Positions 13,861 to 24,172 are shown, counted from the stretch's first letter. The stretch: DNA of 64,000 bases from Candidatus Omnitrophota bacterium (GCA_043814965.1 JBDRJN010000032.1:20126-84125), one strand, 5' to 3'. Numbers and translations: made by a program. The notes: generated from the sequence alone by a model not told the origin.

Positions 13861-15306
13861 TCACATGACTGGTAAATTGCTCTCACCCATAAGATACTTG
13901 TCGATCGAATGAGCAGAACGCCTGCCTTCTGAAATAGCCCATACTACCAATGACTGTCCGCGATGCATATCTCCCGCGGAAAATATCTTATCAACCGATG
14001 TCATATAATTTGCATCTGTTGCTACATTCCCCGATCTATCCAATTGCACTTTTAGATCCGAAAGCAGGCCCTCTCTTTCAGGATGTAAAAAACCTACTGC
14101 GAGTATTACCAGATCTGCTTGTATCTCGAACTCGCTTCCCTGTATCTCTTTCATCACAGGGCAAATATTGCCACTCTCTTTTGTAAACTCCACTTCCATA
14201 CAAGAAAGTTTTTTTATACGGCCTTTATCTCCTATGAAACGCTTTGTAAGGACAGCCCAGCGACGGTCCGCTCCCTCTATGTGGCTGGACGATGTTTTTA
14301 ATAAAAGCGGGTAGGTTGGCCATAGGCAATCATGGCTGCGGCATTCTAAAGGCTTAGGCATGACCTCTATCTGCACAACGCATTTGGCGCTTTGTCTATT
14401 AGCAGTACCTACACAGTCTGAACCTGTATCGCCTCCTCCTATAATAACAACTTTTTTATCTTTTGCATCTATAATCTCATCTACCTGTATTTTTTCGCCC
14501 GATACTCTCTTATTCGCCTGACAAAGATAATCCATTGCAAAATATATGCCCTCAAGATCTCTTCCTTCTATCTTGAGGTCCCTCGGGACTCTCGAGCCTC
14601 CTGCAAGACATATCGCATCAAATTCATCTAAGAGCTTGCTAGCAGGATATCCTTTCCCTGCTTCTACGCCAGTTTTAAAAATAACCCCTTCTTTTTCCCA
14701 TATATCAATACGTCTATCTATAAGGTATTTTTCGAGTTTAAAATCTGGTATACCATAACGCAATATACCGCCTATCTTTTTATCCTTCTCAAAAACAGTC
14801 ACGCTGTGGCCCGCTTTATTAAGCTGCGCTGCGCATGATAAACCCGCAGGGCCTGAACCTATAACAGCTACTTTTTTGCCGGTCTTATATTTTATCTTAT
14901 TTGGTTTTATAAATCCTTTTTTAAAACCTGTCTCTATAAGTGCTAGTTCATTCTCGCGGATAGTAACAGCATCGCTGGTTAAGCCCAGCACGCACGCATA
15001 TTCACATAGCGCAGGGCATACTCTGCCTGTTATCTCTGGAAGATTATTTGTAGCATCCAAAAGCTGTAATGCCTTTTGCCATTTACCATGGAACATGTAA
15101 TCATTCCATTCCGGTATATAATTTCCTATCGGGCAGCTAGAATGGCAGAATGGTGTAGCGCAGTCCATACAGCGCGAGGCCTGTTCCATTGACTCTTCTT
15201 CAGGCCGCAGCCTACAGACATCCTTGAAATCCTTGATACGTTCACAGACTTCCCTGTGCTCTCCACTTTTTCTCGCAATCTTTAAAAAACCCCTGAAATC
15301 ACCCAT
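13861..15306 (-). CDS. gltD: Glutamate synthase small subunit
   Basis: 'QASRCMDCATPFC', 'GSGPAGL', 'GGGDTGSDC', 'GDMHRGQSLVVWAI'; start overlaps the gltB stop. Confidence 0.98.
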   Translation of the reverse strand: MGDFRGFLKIARKSGEHREVCERIKDFKDVCRLRPEEESMEQASRCMDCATPFCHSSCPIGNYIPEWNDYMFHGKWQKALQLLDATNNLPEITGRVCPALCEYACVLGLTSDAVTIRENELALIETGFKKGFIKPNKIKYKTGKKVAVIGSGPAGLSCAAQLNKAGHSVTVFEKDKKIGGILRYGIPDFKLEKYLIDRRIDIWEKEGVIFKTGVEAGKGYPASKLLDEFDAICLAGGSRVPRDLKIEGRDLEGIYFAMDYLCQANKRVSGEKIQVDEIIDAKDKKVVIIGGGDTGSDCVGTANRQSAKCVVQIEVMPKPLECRSHDCLWPTYPLLLKTSSSHIEGADRRWAVLTKRFIGDKGRIKKLSCMEVEFTKESGNICPVMKEIQGSEFEIQADLVILAVGFLHPEREGLLSDLKVQLDRSGNVATDANYMTSVDKIFSAGDMHRGQSLVVWAISEGRRSAHSIDKYLMGESNLPVM

Positions 15307-18300
15307 CATATTCCTCCGTAAGATCAAGACTTTCTTCTATCTTTATGCCTTCAAGGATGCGTTTATATTCTATAGGTATGACTTTGACGAACTTTTTAAG
15401 TTCTTCGTGCATGGAATTTATTATTTTTTTTGCTTTATCGCTTTTTGTGTATTTAAAATGATTATGAAGGAGATGATAAACAGTATCCTTATCTTCATCT
15501 TTTACCTTTTCCAGCTCAACCATGTCTGTGTTGCATCTCTCTTTGAAATTCCCATCTTCGTCATATACATAAGCTATGCCGCCGGACATTCCTGCTGCAA
15601 AGTTTCTACCTGTCTTTCCAAGTATGATTATCCTTCCTCCTGTCATATATTCACAGCCATGGTCCCCTACGCCTTCTACTACAGCATAAAGACCTGAGTT
15701 TCTTATGCAGAATCTCTCTCCTGCCATTCCCCTGATATAGGCTTCTCCGGATATGGCCCCATAAAAAGTAGTGTTGCCTATGATAACATTCTCATCGCTT
15801 TCATATTGAGACCTTTTGTCCGGGTACACGATTATTTTCCCTCCTGAGATACCTTTTCCCACATAGTCATTCGTCATGCCCTCTAGTTCAAATGTAACTC
15901 CTTTTGCAAGAAATGCACCAAAACTTTGTCCAGCTATTCCCCTGAATTTACACACTACAGTATCTTCCAAGAGCACACCATCACCGCACCTCCTACAAAT
16001 CTCTCCGGAAAGCATCGCGCCTACGGCTCTGTTGGTATTATTTATCTCTGCCAAAATACTGACTGGTTCATTTTTTTCTAAAGAATCCTTGCATTTCCTG
16101 ATAAGTTCTCTATCTAGGGATGCTTCAAGCCCTATTTCTTGTCCAGGTTGATAGCGCCTCCCTATATATTCTGGAAGATCAGGCTTATAAAGGATCCTGG
16201 AATAATCTATTCCCTTTGCTTTCAAGGGCACAATATCTTTATTTACATCAAGAAGCTCTACTCTGCCTATCATCTCGTCTATAGTCCTTACGCCTAACCT
16301 TGCCATTGTCTCGCGAAGTTCCTGCGCTACAAAATTAAAATAGTTCACTATATATTCCGGCCTTCCCTTGAAATTTTTCTGTAAAATACTGTCCTGCGTA
16401 GCGACTCCTACTGAACAGTTGTTCAGATGGCAATGCCTCAGCATGACACATCCGCTTACAACAAGCACAGCAGTACAAAAACCATATTCCTCTGCTCCTA
16501 ATATTGCTGCGATCGCTACGTCCCGGCCTGTTCTTATCTGGCCGTCTGTCTGTATCCTGACCCTTGAACGCAAGTTATTAAGTACAAGTGTCTGGTGAGT
16601 TTCGGAAAGCCCCAATTCCCAAGGAAGCCCTGCGTATCTTATAGAACTTCTTGGAGATGCGCCTGTACCGCCGTCTCCACCTGATATAAGGATCATATCA
16701 GCATGGCCTTTTGCTACACCCGCCGCAACTGTCCCAACTCCTACTTCAGAGACAAGTTTTACGCTTATACGCGCTTTTGGATTTGCATTCTTCAGGTCAA
16801 ATATGAGCTGCGCAAGGTCTTCTATAGAATATATATCATGATGCGGCGGCGGAGAAATAAGAGTAACTCCAGGGGTTGTATACCTTGTTTGCGCGATAAC
16901 TTCACTTACTTTATGTCCTGGCAGCTGGCCGCCTTCCCCAGGCTTTGCGCCCTGCGCGATCTTTATCTGTATCTCATCTGCATTGACAAGATAGTTTATA
17001 GTGACCCCAAACCTTCCGGAGGCAACTTGCTTTATAGCGCTTCGCCTCGAGTCTCCGTTTGGTAAAGTTATAAACCTGTTGGGGTCTTCCCCTCCTTCAC
17101 CAGTATTGGATTTTCCTCCGATCCTATTCATGGCTATAGCGATCGTCTCATGCGCAGGCCTTGAGATAGAGCCAAAACTCATAGCCCCTGTTGCAAAGCG
17201 TCTCATTATGCTCTTTACTGGCTCGACTTCTTCGATAGGAACAGGACTTGTTTCCTTGAACTTCAATAAGCTTCTTAAGGTCGTAGGATTGTTTGATTGA
17301 TCGTTTATCATCCGCGCGAACTCTTTATATTTATTATAATCATTATTTCGCGTTGAATCCTGTAAGCTCGCTATAGTCTTAGGATTCCAGAGATGGAACT
17401 CCCCATCCTTTTTCCATTGATATACCCCTCCGCTTGTTAGGTAAGGGGTATCTACGCCTCTTTCAGAATAAGCGTGGTCATATCTTTTTATAGTCTCTTC
17501 TGCTATCCCTTCAAGCCCAACCCCTCCGATCCTAGAAACAGTGCCTGTAAAATATTTATCTATGATAGACTCGTTCAGGCCTAGGGCCTCGAATATCTGA
17601 GCGCCTCTATAACTTCTAAGAGTAGATATGCCCATCTTGGAAAGTATCTTTAATATGCCTTCTCTTATCGCCTTATTGTAATTCTTAAGGGCCTTTTGTA
17701 TATCCAAAGAAAGCTCTTTTTCTGTTATTAGATATTCTATTGCTTCATATGCAAGATACGGATTTACACAACCTGCGCCATAGCCAAAAAGCAAAGCAAA
17801 ATGGTGCACCTCTCTTGGTTCCGCGCTCTCGACTATTAGCGCAACCTGTGAGCGTATGGTCTGCCTCACTAGATGTTGGTGAACAGCGCTTGTAGCTAAA
17901 AGCGCTGGAAGAGCAATATTGTCTTTATCGCTCCCCCGGTCACTCAATATTATAAAAGAATAGCCTTTTTCAATAGCATATTCTGCCTCAAAACATATCC
18001 TTTCAAGCACCTTTACAAATCCTTCCTTACCGCTCTTTGCATCAAAAAAAGTATAGATAGTCTTTGTCTTAAAACCATTTATGCTGATATCGCGTATCTT
18101 CTCAAGCTCTCCATCGGTCAATATAGGATTTCTTACCCTGATCTTATGGCTATGCTCTGGGGTTTCTTCTAAGATGTTTTTCTCCGGGCCTATAAAGCTC
18201 TCCAGGCTCATGACAAGTTTTTCTCTTATAGAATCTATGGCTGGATTTGTCACTTGCGCAAACAGCTGTTTAAAATAATTATAGAGCATCTGCGGTTGTT

Positions 18301-19840
18301 CTGACAAAAAGGCATGAGGAGTGTCATTGCCCATACTACCTACGGGCTCTTTGCCATCCTCTGCCATAGGCTTTAATATCAACTTAAGGTCTTCTCTGGA
18401 ATAACCAAATGCCTTGAGACTGCGGATTATGTCCTCGGATCTTTGTTTGTTAGTCCCGCTAGCCATAAGTTTATCAAGGTCTACCATGCTCTTGGTGTTC
18501 CATTCACCGTATGGACATTGTAAAGACACCCTCTTTTTTATTTCAGGATCATGTACTATAGAACCTAATTCAGTATCTATAAAAAATATCTTTCCTGGTT
18601 CCAGCCTCCCTGAAACCTTGATATCCGAAGGGTCTATGCCAAGAACCCCTACCTCTGATGCCATAACTACAAAATCATTTTTAGTCACTATATAGCGCGC
18701 AGGGCGCAGGCCATTTCTGTCCAAGACAGCTCCTATATTCTTTCCATCCGTAAATGCTATCGCAGCTGGCCCATCCCAGGGTTCTGCAAAACATGCATGA
18801 TATGTATAAAAATCCTTGAGTTCTTTTGTCATAAGGTTGTTATGCTCCCAGGCTTCAGGGATAAGCATCATCATAGAACTTTCAAGAGACCTGCCTGAAA
18901 GGACCAGAAGTTCAAAAAAATTATCTATTGCGGCAGAATCGCTTCCGCCTTCAACAATAACTGGTTTTATCTTTTCTATGTCTGTAGCGAATAAACCGCT
19001 TGCAAGCAACCGTTCTCTTGCGCTTACCCAATTGATATTGCCTCTTATAGTATTTATCTCTCCATTATGGGCTAAAAATCTAAAAGGCTGCGCCAGGTCC
19101 CAGGTAGGAAAAGTATTAGTGCTGTAACGTGAATGCACCAGGCATAAGGCGCTCTTTATATTTTTATCCTTGAGGTCCAGGAAAAAATTCTCAAGCTGGG
19201 TAGGCATAAGCAGCCCCTTATAAGAAAATGTACGGCTGGATATATTGGTAATATAGAAAGCTCTCTTTTCCTCTAAGCTGGAGTTACGAATAGCATTATC
19301 AACTTGTTTTCTTATTAGATACAGCCTTCTCTCAAAGCTTAATGCATCCTCTTTGGTCATGATCTTTTTATTGCTTCCTATAAATATCTGTTCAAATACC
19401 GGCTGAGCGTCTCTTGCAGTCTTGCCGATATCAGAATTGTCTATAGGTACTGTACGCCACCCCAATAAAACCTGGCCTTCTTCTTTTATGATATTCTCGA
19501 AAACCTCCTTACAGAATTTTCGCTCTTTATCTTTCTGTGGCAAAAATATTAGGCCAGTTCCATATGAACCCTCTAGCGGTAGATCAATCTTGGCTTCTTT
19601 CGCTGCCCTTATAAAAAACTCATGAGGTATTTGTATTAATATACCGGCGCCATCGCCTGTTTTTGGATCTGCCCCTACTGCCCCGCGATGAGACAACCGC
19701 CTTAATACCTCTATACCCTGCTTTACAATAGAATTCGATCTTTCTCCTTTAATATTGCAGACAAACCCCACCCCGCAGCTATCTTTTTCAAATTGCGGAT
19801 CATACAGTCCTTGTTTTTCTGAAAAATAAGGTTGCCTCAT
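15299..19840 (-). CDS. gltB: Glutamate synthase large subunit
   Basis: 'DSCGVGF' Ntn cysteine, 'HSRYSTNT', 'GAKPGEGGQLPG', GXGXG C-terminal domain. Confidence 0.99.
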   Translation of the reverse strand: MRQPYFSEKQGLYDPQFEKDSCGVGFVCNIKGERSNSIVKQGIEVLRRLSHRGAVGADPKTGDGAGILIQIPHEFFIRAAKEAKIDLPLEGSYGTGLIFLPQKDKERKFCKEVFENIIKEEGQVLLGWRTVPIDNSDIGKTARDAQPVFEQIFIGSNKKIMTKEDALSFERRLYLIRKQVDNAIRNSSLEEKRAFYITNISSRTFSYKGLLMPTQLENFFLDLKDKNIKSALCLVHSRYSTNTFPTWDLAQPFRFLAHNGEINTIRGNINWVSARERLLASGLFATDIEKIKPVIVEGGSDSAAIDNFFELLVLSGRSLESSMMMLIPEAWEHNNLMTKELKDFYTYHACFAEPWDGPAAIAFTDGKNIGAVLDRNGLRPARYIVTKNDFVVMASEVGVLGIDPSDIKVSGRLEPGKIFFIDTELGSIVHDPEIKKRVSLQCPYGEWNTKSMVDLDKLMASGTNKQRSEDIIRSLKAFGYSREDLKLILKPMAEDGKEPVGSMGNDTPHAFLSEQPQMLYNYFKQLFAQVTNPAIDSIREKLVMSLESFIGPEKNILEETPEHSHKIRVRNPILTDGELEKIRDISINGFKTKTIYTFFDAKSGKEGFVKVLERICFEAEYAIEKGYSFIILSDRGSDKDNIALPALLATSAVHQHLVRQTIRSQVALIVESAEPREVHHFALLFGYGAGCVNPYLAYEAIEYLITEKELSLDIQKALKNYNKAIREGILKILSKMGISTLRSYRGAQIFEALGLNESIIDKYFTGTVSRIGGVGLEGIAEETIKRYDHAYSERGVDTPYLTSGGVYQWKKDGEFHLWNPKTIASLQDSTRNNDYNKYKEFARMINDQSNNPTTLRSLLKFKETSPVPIEEVEPVKSIMRRFATGAMSFGSISRPAHETIAIAMNRIGGKSNTGEGGEDPNRFITLPNGDSRRSAIKQVASGRFGVTINYLVNADEIQIKIAQGAKPGEGGQLPGHKVSEVIAQTRYTTPGVTLISPPPHHDIYSIEDLAQLIFDLKNANPKARISVKLVSEVGVGTVAAGVAKGHADMILISGGDGGTGASPRSSIRYAGLPWELGLSETHQTLVLNNLRSRVRIQTDGQIRTGRDVAIAAILGAEEYGFCTAVLVVSGCVMLRHCHLNNCSVGVATQDSILQKNFKGRPEYIVNYFNFVAQELRETMARLGVRTIDEMIGRVELLDVNKDIVPLKAKGIDYSRILYKPDLPEYIGRRYQPGQEIGLEASLDRELIRKCKDSLEKNEPVSILAEINNTNRAVGAMLSGEICRRCGDGVLLEDTVVCKFRGIAGQSFGAFLAKGVTFELEGMTNDYVGKGISGGKIIVYPDKRSQYESDENVIIGNTTFYGAISGEAYIRGMAGERFCIRNSGLYAVVEGVGDHGCEYMTGGRIIILGKTGRNFAAGMSGGIAYVYDEDGNFKERCNTDMVELEKVKDEDKDTVYHLLHNHFKYTKSDKAKKIINSMHEELKKFVKVIPIEYKRILEGIKIEESLDLTEEYDG

Positions 19841-20064
19841 ATCTTGAATTTCTCCGAATCTATACCCAATCTTCTAACTTTATTATAAAGGGTATTTCTA
19901 TGGATACCCAGCATTTTCGCTGCTATTATCTTGTTGCCAAAAGACCTCTTTAGCGCTTTTTCAATAAGCATCTTTTCCATGCCCCCTATTACAACCGAAT
20001 AGATATGGCCTTTATGGATCATTATGAAATCATCATCTATGTTATCAATATCTTTACTCATCAT
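19837..20064 (-). CDS. Stand-alone Fis/NtrC-type helix-turn-helix protein
   Basis: 'EKMLIEKALKRSFGNKIIAAKMLGIHRNTLYNKVRRLGI' matches the HTH_8 pattern; stop overlaps the gltB start (ATGA). Confidence 0.85.
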   Translation of the reverse strand: MMSKDIDNIDDDFIMIHKGHIYSVVIGGMEKMLIEKALKRSFGNKIIAAKMLGIHRNTLYNKVRRLGIDSEKFKI

Positions 20065-20076
20065 TCCAGTGCTATT

Positions 20077-20095
20077 CTGCCTAAATCTTATGCAG
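20077..20095. promoter_or_regulatory. Candidate NtrC/Fis-type operator (TGC-N11-GCA)
   Basis: CTGCCTAAATCTTATGCAG dyad with AT-rich centre, just upstream of the HTH gene start. Confidence 0.4.
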
Positions 20096-20119
20096 TATTT
20101 TTTAAAAAATTTTAATCAT

Positions 20120-20153
20120 TATTGCAGGGGAGGGGTATCCCTCCCCTGCAATA
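20120..20153. terminator. GC-rich perfect hairpin after glnA1 (terminator or REP-like)
   Basis: TATTGCAGGGGAGGG-gtat-CCCTCCCCTGCAATA; no clear U-tract. Confidence 0.55.
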
Positions 20154-20165
20154 TACTGATCTTGA

Positions 20166-21494
20166 TCAAAGGATCGATAGATATTTATCCAATTCGTACT
20201 GAGGTACCTGTATCCTGTAACTATCCCATTCCTTTTTCTTCAGCTCTATGAATCTCGGGAAAATATGTGCCCCAAGGGTCTTTTTAACTAATTCACTTCC
20301 TTCTGTAATATTAATAGCCTGGCCTAAGTTATCAGGTAAGGTCTCTATACCTTGCGCCTTTCTTTCATTGTCGCTTAGATGATATAGATTGCCTTCCATT
20401 GCACCAGGGCATTTATAGCCTTTCTCTATCCCCTCTAATCCTGCATGAAGCATTGCTGCAAATGTGAGATATGGGTTACATGCTGGGTCACATGCCCTGA
20501 ATTCACACCTTGTAGCCTTTTCCATACCAGGATGATATAAAGGGACTCTGACAAGGGCTGATCTATTTCTGCGAGACCACGCGACATATACAGGCGCTTC
20601 GTAACCAGGCACAAGTCTCTTGTAAGAATTTGTAGTTTGAGCAAATATAGAACAGATCTCTTTTGAATGTTTTAATAGGCCTGCTATGTATGAACGCGCT
20701 GTATCAGACAGGTTATCCTTTGTGCTTTTATCAAAAAATGCGTTCTTCTCACCTTTAAATAGTGACTGGTGAGTGTGCATACCTGAACCATTCTGTCCAA
20801 ATATAGGTTTAGGCATAAAAGTAGCGTACACCCCGAATTTGCTGGCGATCTCTTTTACTGCTATTCTATAGGTGATGACATTATCTGCCATCTTTAATGC
20901 GTCATCATATCTCATATCGACTTCATGTTGACTTGGCGCAACTTCATGATGAGAATACTCTATCTTGATGCCCATCTTCTCTAAAGCCAATACCGTCTCT
21001 CTTCTTAAGTCACTTGCTACATCCAAGGTCGTAAGGTCAAAATATCCACCTTTATCAAGTATCTCTGTGCCCTTATCATCCTTAAAATAGAAAAACTCCA
21101 GTTCCGGGCCTAGATAAAAATGATCGTATCCCATATCAGATGCTCTTTTTAGGGCCTTTTTCAAAACATACCTTGGGTCACCTTCATAAGGCTGTTTATC
21201 TGGTGTCAAAACATCACAGATCATTCTTGCGACAGCCTTTTCGCTCGGCCTCCATGGAAGCAGGCAAAAAGTGTCAGGATCAGGGAGAGCTATCATGTCG
21301 CTTTCTTCAATATCCTGGTATCCTGTGATAGATGAACCGTCGAATCCCATACCATTTTCCAAAGCGCCTTCCAGCTCAGAATCAGTTATAGAAAAACTCT
21401 TCACCTGGCCCAATAGATCCGTAAACCAAAGCCTGATGAATTTTACATCCTTTTCCTTAACAAGCTTTATTATATCCTTCTTTGTCATACCCAT
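20166..21494 (-). CDS. glnA: Glutamine synthetase type I, copy 1 (likely start ATG 21494)
   Basis: 'FDGSSITG', 'HHEVAPSQHE', 'NGSGMHTHQSL', 'YKRLVPGYEAP'; SD-like AAGGGG before 21494. Confidence 0.98.
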   Translation of the reverse strand: MGMTKKDIIKLVKEKDVKFIRLWFTDLLGQVKSFSITDSELEGALENGMGFDGSSITGYQDIEESDMIALPDPDTFCLLPWRPSEKAVARMICDVLTPDKQPYEGDPRYVLKKALKRASDMGYDHFYLGPELEFFYFKDDKGTEILDKGGYFDLTTLDVASDLRRETVLALEKMGIKIEYSHHEVAPSQHEVDMRYDDALKMADNVITYRIAVKEIASKFGVYATFMPKPIFGQNGSGMHTHQSLFKGEKNAFFDKSTKDNLSDTARSYIAGLLKHSKEICSIFAQTTNSYKRLVPGYEAPVYVAWSRRNRSALVRVPLYHPGMEKATRCEFRACDPACNPYLTFAAMLHAGLEGIEKGYKCPGAMEGNLYHLSDNERKAQGIETLPDNLGQAINITEGSELVKKTLGAHIFPRFIELKKKEWDSYRIQVPQYELDKYLSIL

Positions 21495-21537
21495 TTTTAC
21501 CCCTTTCTCGGTTTTTTGCCTCGTATTCATTAAGTAG

Positions 21538-21616
21538 AAAAGACGTTCCTATAGCGCTTGTCCTAGCTATAAGAACGTCTTTGTTCTATCTGGGTGATTA
21601 ACACAAACTTTGTGCT
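21538..21616 (-). ncRNA. ANTAR-type dual-hairpin leader with overlapping intrinsic terminator (glnA1)
   Basis: P1 GCAC-AAAGUUU-GUGU; P2 AGAAC-AAAGAC-GUUCU overlapping terminator AGACGUUCUUAUAGC...GCUAUAGGAACGUCU-UUUCU. Confidence 0.8.
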
Positions 21617-21642
21617 TATCTACCTATACTGGTAGCCTTCAT

Positions 21643-21675
21643 ATATACAAGTAAAAAAAGAGTGCTTTTGGTAAC
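21643..21675 (-). promoter_or_regulatory. Conserved alternative-sigma promoter-like motif, copy 1
   Basis: GTTACC aaaagcactcttttttt ACTTGTATA (17-bp spacer). Confidence 0.75.
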
Positions 21676-21760
21676 TTATTTTTTATCTAAAAGAGTCTAA
21701 AAGTAGACGTTCTATCCGAGTACACCCTACAGCACAATGATTAACGAATTAATATAACTA

Positions 21761-22102
21761 TTATCCTATTGCCTCACCGCCTCTTTCTCCTGTGCGGATC
21801 CTGATGCATTCATTGAGATCATATACAGCTATTTTCCCGTCGCCAATATTGCCAGTCCTAGCTCCTTTGATAACCGCACTTATAGTAGGCTCGACGAAAT
21901 CATCATTTACAAGTATCTCCAGCTTGATCTTGGGAATCAGGTTTACCTTATAGATCTTTCCTCTGTAAGATTCAGTATAACCTCTTTGCTGACCGCAGCC
22001 TTTTACTCTGCTTACTGTCATCTTAAATACCTCGGCCTTGAATAGTTCAGCTTTAACCGCATCCAGTTTTTCTGGCTGTATGATCGCTTCTATTTTTTTC
22101 AT
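21761..22102 (-). CDS. glnK: PII nitrogen regulatory protein (Tyr51 present)
   Basis: '[14 protein letters not shown]', 'TGNIGDGKI', 'IRIRTGERG'; follows an amt gene. Confidence 0.95.
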   Translation of the reverse strand: MKKIEAIIQPEKLDAVKAELFKAEVFKMTVSRVKGCGQQRGYTESYRGKIYKVNLIPKIKLEILVNDDFVEPTISAVIKGARTGNIGDGKIAVYDLNECIRIRTGERGGEAIG

Positions 22103-22115
22103 TTACTGCCTCCTA

Positions 22116-23351
22116 TTATAAAGACTCCTCAGGATATGCCTCTATCTTGTGAATAGACAGATCCGCTCCTATTAATTCAGAGTGTTCATCAAGTCTTATA
22201 CCAAAAGTCTTCTTAAGTATAAAATAAACCAGGCTTCCGCCTATAAGCGCAAACACGATTGCAGCCAGTGACCCTATCAGCTGCGCTGATAAACTCACGC
22301 CTCCGAGCCCTCCGAGTATCTTCTTGCCGAAAATACCGCAAGCAACTCCACCCCAAGTTCCAGCAACTCCGTGAAGAGGCCAGACCCCCAATACATCATC
22401 TATTTTCAATTTCTCAGTCTCTGTCTGAAAAAGTACTACAAATATCACAGCAGCTACTGCTCCTGTAACTAGCGCGCCCATTGGATGCATCACATCCGAA
22501 CCAGAACAAATAGCTATCAGTCCTGCAAGCGCTCCATTATGTATGAACGTAACGTCGTTCTTAGACACGATCAAAGCTGCTATTATCCCTCCTACCATAG
22601 CCATAAGCGAATTGATAGCTACCAATCCGGAAATATTCTCTAATCTTCCTGCGCTCATCACGTTAAAGCCGAACCATCCTATACAAAGCAGCCAACTTCC
22701 AAGAGCCAGAAAAGGTATATTGCTGACTTTTATAGGCTGCGACTCGCCATTTTCATATCTCTTAAGGCGAGAACCCAATATTATGATAGCAGGCAGCGCC
22801 AACCATCCTCCCATAGAATGAACAACTACAGAGCCAGCATAGTCATGAAATGGTATACCCCCTGTAAAATTAGCCAGCCACGAACCAGCCTGGCCCAAAA
22901 GCAGATTTTTACCCCACACCAATGATTCGAAAAACGGATAGACCGACCCTACAAAGATCCCTCCTGCCAGAGCCTGGGTCCAAAACTTGGCCCTTTCAGC
23001 TATCCCTCCTGAAATAATAGCAGGGATGCACGCTGCAAAAGTCAAAAGAAAGAAAAAGTGCACTATATCAAAACCCTGGTTGGGGCCTAATAATTCAGAT
23101 GCTGGCTTCAAAAAACTTATCCCATAGGCGATCGGAAAGCCTATGATAAAATATATGACCGTGGAAAACGCCCAGTCAGTGATTATCTTCACCAATGCAT
23201 TCACCTGGTTCTTTTTCCTCACTGACCCTACTTCCAAAAAAGCAAAACCCGCGTGCATAGAGAAAACAAACATCGCTCCCAAAAGTAAAAATAAGATATT
23301 ACTGCTGGCAAGCAACTTTTCAAGGCTTATCGACAACATCTGCATATTCAT
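22116..23351 (-). CDS. amt: Ammonium transporter (Amt family, divergent copy)
   Basis: 'HDYAGSVVVHSMGG', 'GWFGFN', 'DDVLGVWPLHG' twin-His motifs. Confidence 0.95.
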   Translation of the reverse strand: MNMQMLSISLEKLLASSNILFLLLGAMFVFSMHAGFAFLEVGSVRKKNQVNALVKIITDWAFSTVIYFIIGFPIAYGISFLKPASELLGPNQGFDIVHFFFLLTFAACIPAIISGGIAERAKFWTQALAGGIFVGSVYPFFESLVWGKNLLLGQAGSWLANFTGGIPFHDYAGSVVVHSMGGWLALPAIIILGSRLKRYENGESQPIKVSNIPFLALGSWLLCIGWFGFNVMSAGRLENISGLVAINSLMAMVGGIIAALIVSKNDVTFIHNGALAGLIAICSGSDVMHPMGALVTGAVAAVIFVVLFQTETEKLKIDDVLGVWPLHGVAGTWGGVACGIFGKKILGGLGGVSLSAQLIGSLAAIVFALIGGSLVYFILKKTFGIRLDEHSELIGADLSIHKIEAYPEESL

Positions 23352-23370
23352 GCCTCCTTTTTACTAAAAC

Positions 23371-23445
23371 AAAAGAGGCGTCCCTATAATTTTTTACAAC
23401 AATAAGAACGCCTTCGTTCTATTAGCCTTTACACAAACATTGTGC
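23371..23445 (-). ncRNA. ANTAR-type dual-hairpin leader with terminator (amt-glnK)
   Basis: P1 GCAC-AAUGUUU-GUGU; P2 AGAAC-GAAGGC-GUUCU overlapping terminator AGGCGUUCUUAU...AUAGGGACGCCU-CUUUUGUUUU. Confidence 0.8.
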
Positions 23446-23462
23446 TTAGATACCTAATTACT

Positions 23463-23494
23463 TATATAAGTAAAAATAGAGGTAGCTTGGTAAC
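23463..23494 (-). promoter_or_regulatory. Conserved alternative-sigma promoter-like motif, copy 2
   Basis: GTTACC aagctacctctattttt ACTTATATA (17-bp spacer). Confidence 0.75.
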
Positions 23495-23639
23495 TTAGGC
23501 CAAATCTTAATTGATAATTTATTGTTTAATCTTATATACCTGCGTAAAAGCATTATTCTAAGCTAGCCGGAAAATAGCTGATTAGAAAAAAGATAAAAGG
23601 AATTCTGTAAGCGAATTTGAAAATTTAACCTTTTATGAA

Positions 23640-23730
23640 GCGTTTTGGCGGTTTTTAAAAGGCTCGAAACTATCCGAAGCCAGCACGCCAGATTTTGTGC
23701 TGGCAAGTTTTTCGAGCCCCGACAAAATGC
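23640..23730. repeat. Long interrupted inverted repeat
   Basis: Nested pairs gcgttttg/caaaatgc, ggctcgaaa/tttcgagcc, gccagcac/gtgctggc. Confidence 0.6.
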
Positions 23731-23830
23731 GTAATAAAAGGTGTCCCAAAGTAAATTCTATAAGTGGGAAATTTTCACCTGAGCGAACGGAATTCCTTTT
23801 ATCTTTAAACAAATTACTAACTATAACTTG

Positions 23831-24172
23831 TTACCCTATTGCCTTTCCTCCAGTTTCCCCTGTACGGATCCTTATACATTCAGGAAGGTCCAGCACAAAT
23901 ATCTTCCCATCTCCTATATTGCCCGTCTTGGCGCCTTTTATGATAGCATCAATAGTAGGCTTAACAAAATCCTCATTTACCGCTATCTCCAACCTTACCT
24001 TTTTAAGAAGATTTACATCATGTATAACTCCTCTATAGGTTTCTGTAAAGCCTTTTTGCTGTCCGCAGCCAAGCACATTAGAGACTGTCATCTTGTAAAC
24101 CTGCGCATCGTAAAGCGCTTTTTTAACATCAGGTAATTTATGCGGTTGTACCATTGCTATTATTAACTTCAT
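23831..24172 (-). CDS. glnK: PII nitrogen regulatory protein (His at position 51)
   Basis: '[14 protein letters not shown]', '[11 protein letters not shown]', 'IRIRTGETG'. Confidence 0.95.
   Translation of the reverse strand: MKLIIAMVQPHKLPDVKKALYDAQVYKMTVSNVLGCGQQKGFTETYRGVIHDVNLLKKVRLEIAVNEDFVKPTIDAIIKGAKTGNIGDGKIFVLDLPECIRIRTGETGGKAIG

Noticed and set aside
21495-21640. Glutamine riboswitch or T-box upstream of glnA1
   Set aside because: Leader is short, lacks a recognisable T-box sequence or three-way junction, and is fully accounted for by dual hairpin plus terminator
21701-21745. Partial echoes of the leader motif (AGACGTTCTAT, AGCACAATGA) upstream of the glnA1 promoter
   Set aside because: No complete hairpin pair or terminator and inconsistent orientation; likely chance or decayed sequence
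23697-23720. TGGCA at 23701 as a sigma54 -24 element
   Set aside because: No correctly spaced -12 TTGC, wrong strand for the nitrogen genes, and it lies within a palindrome arm
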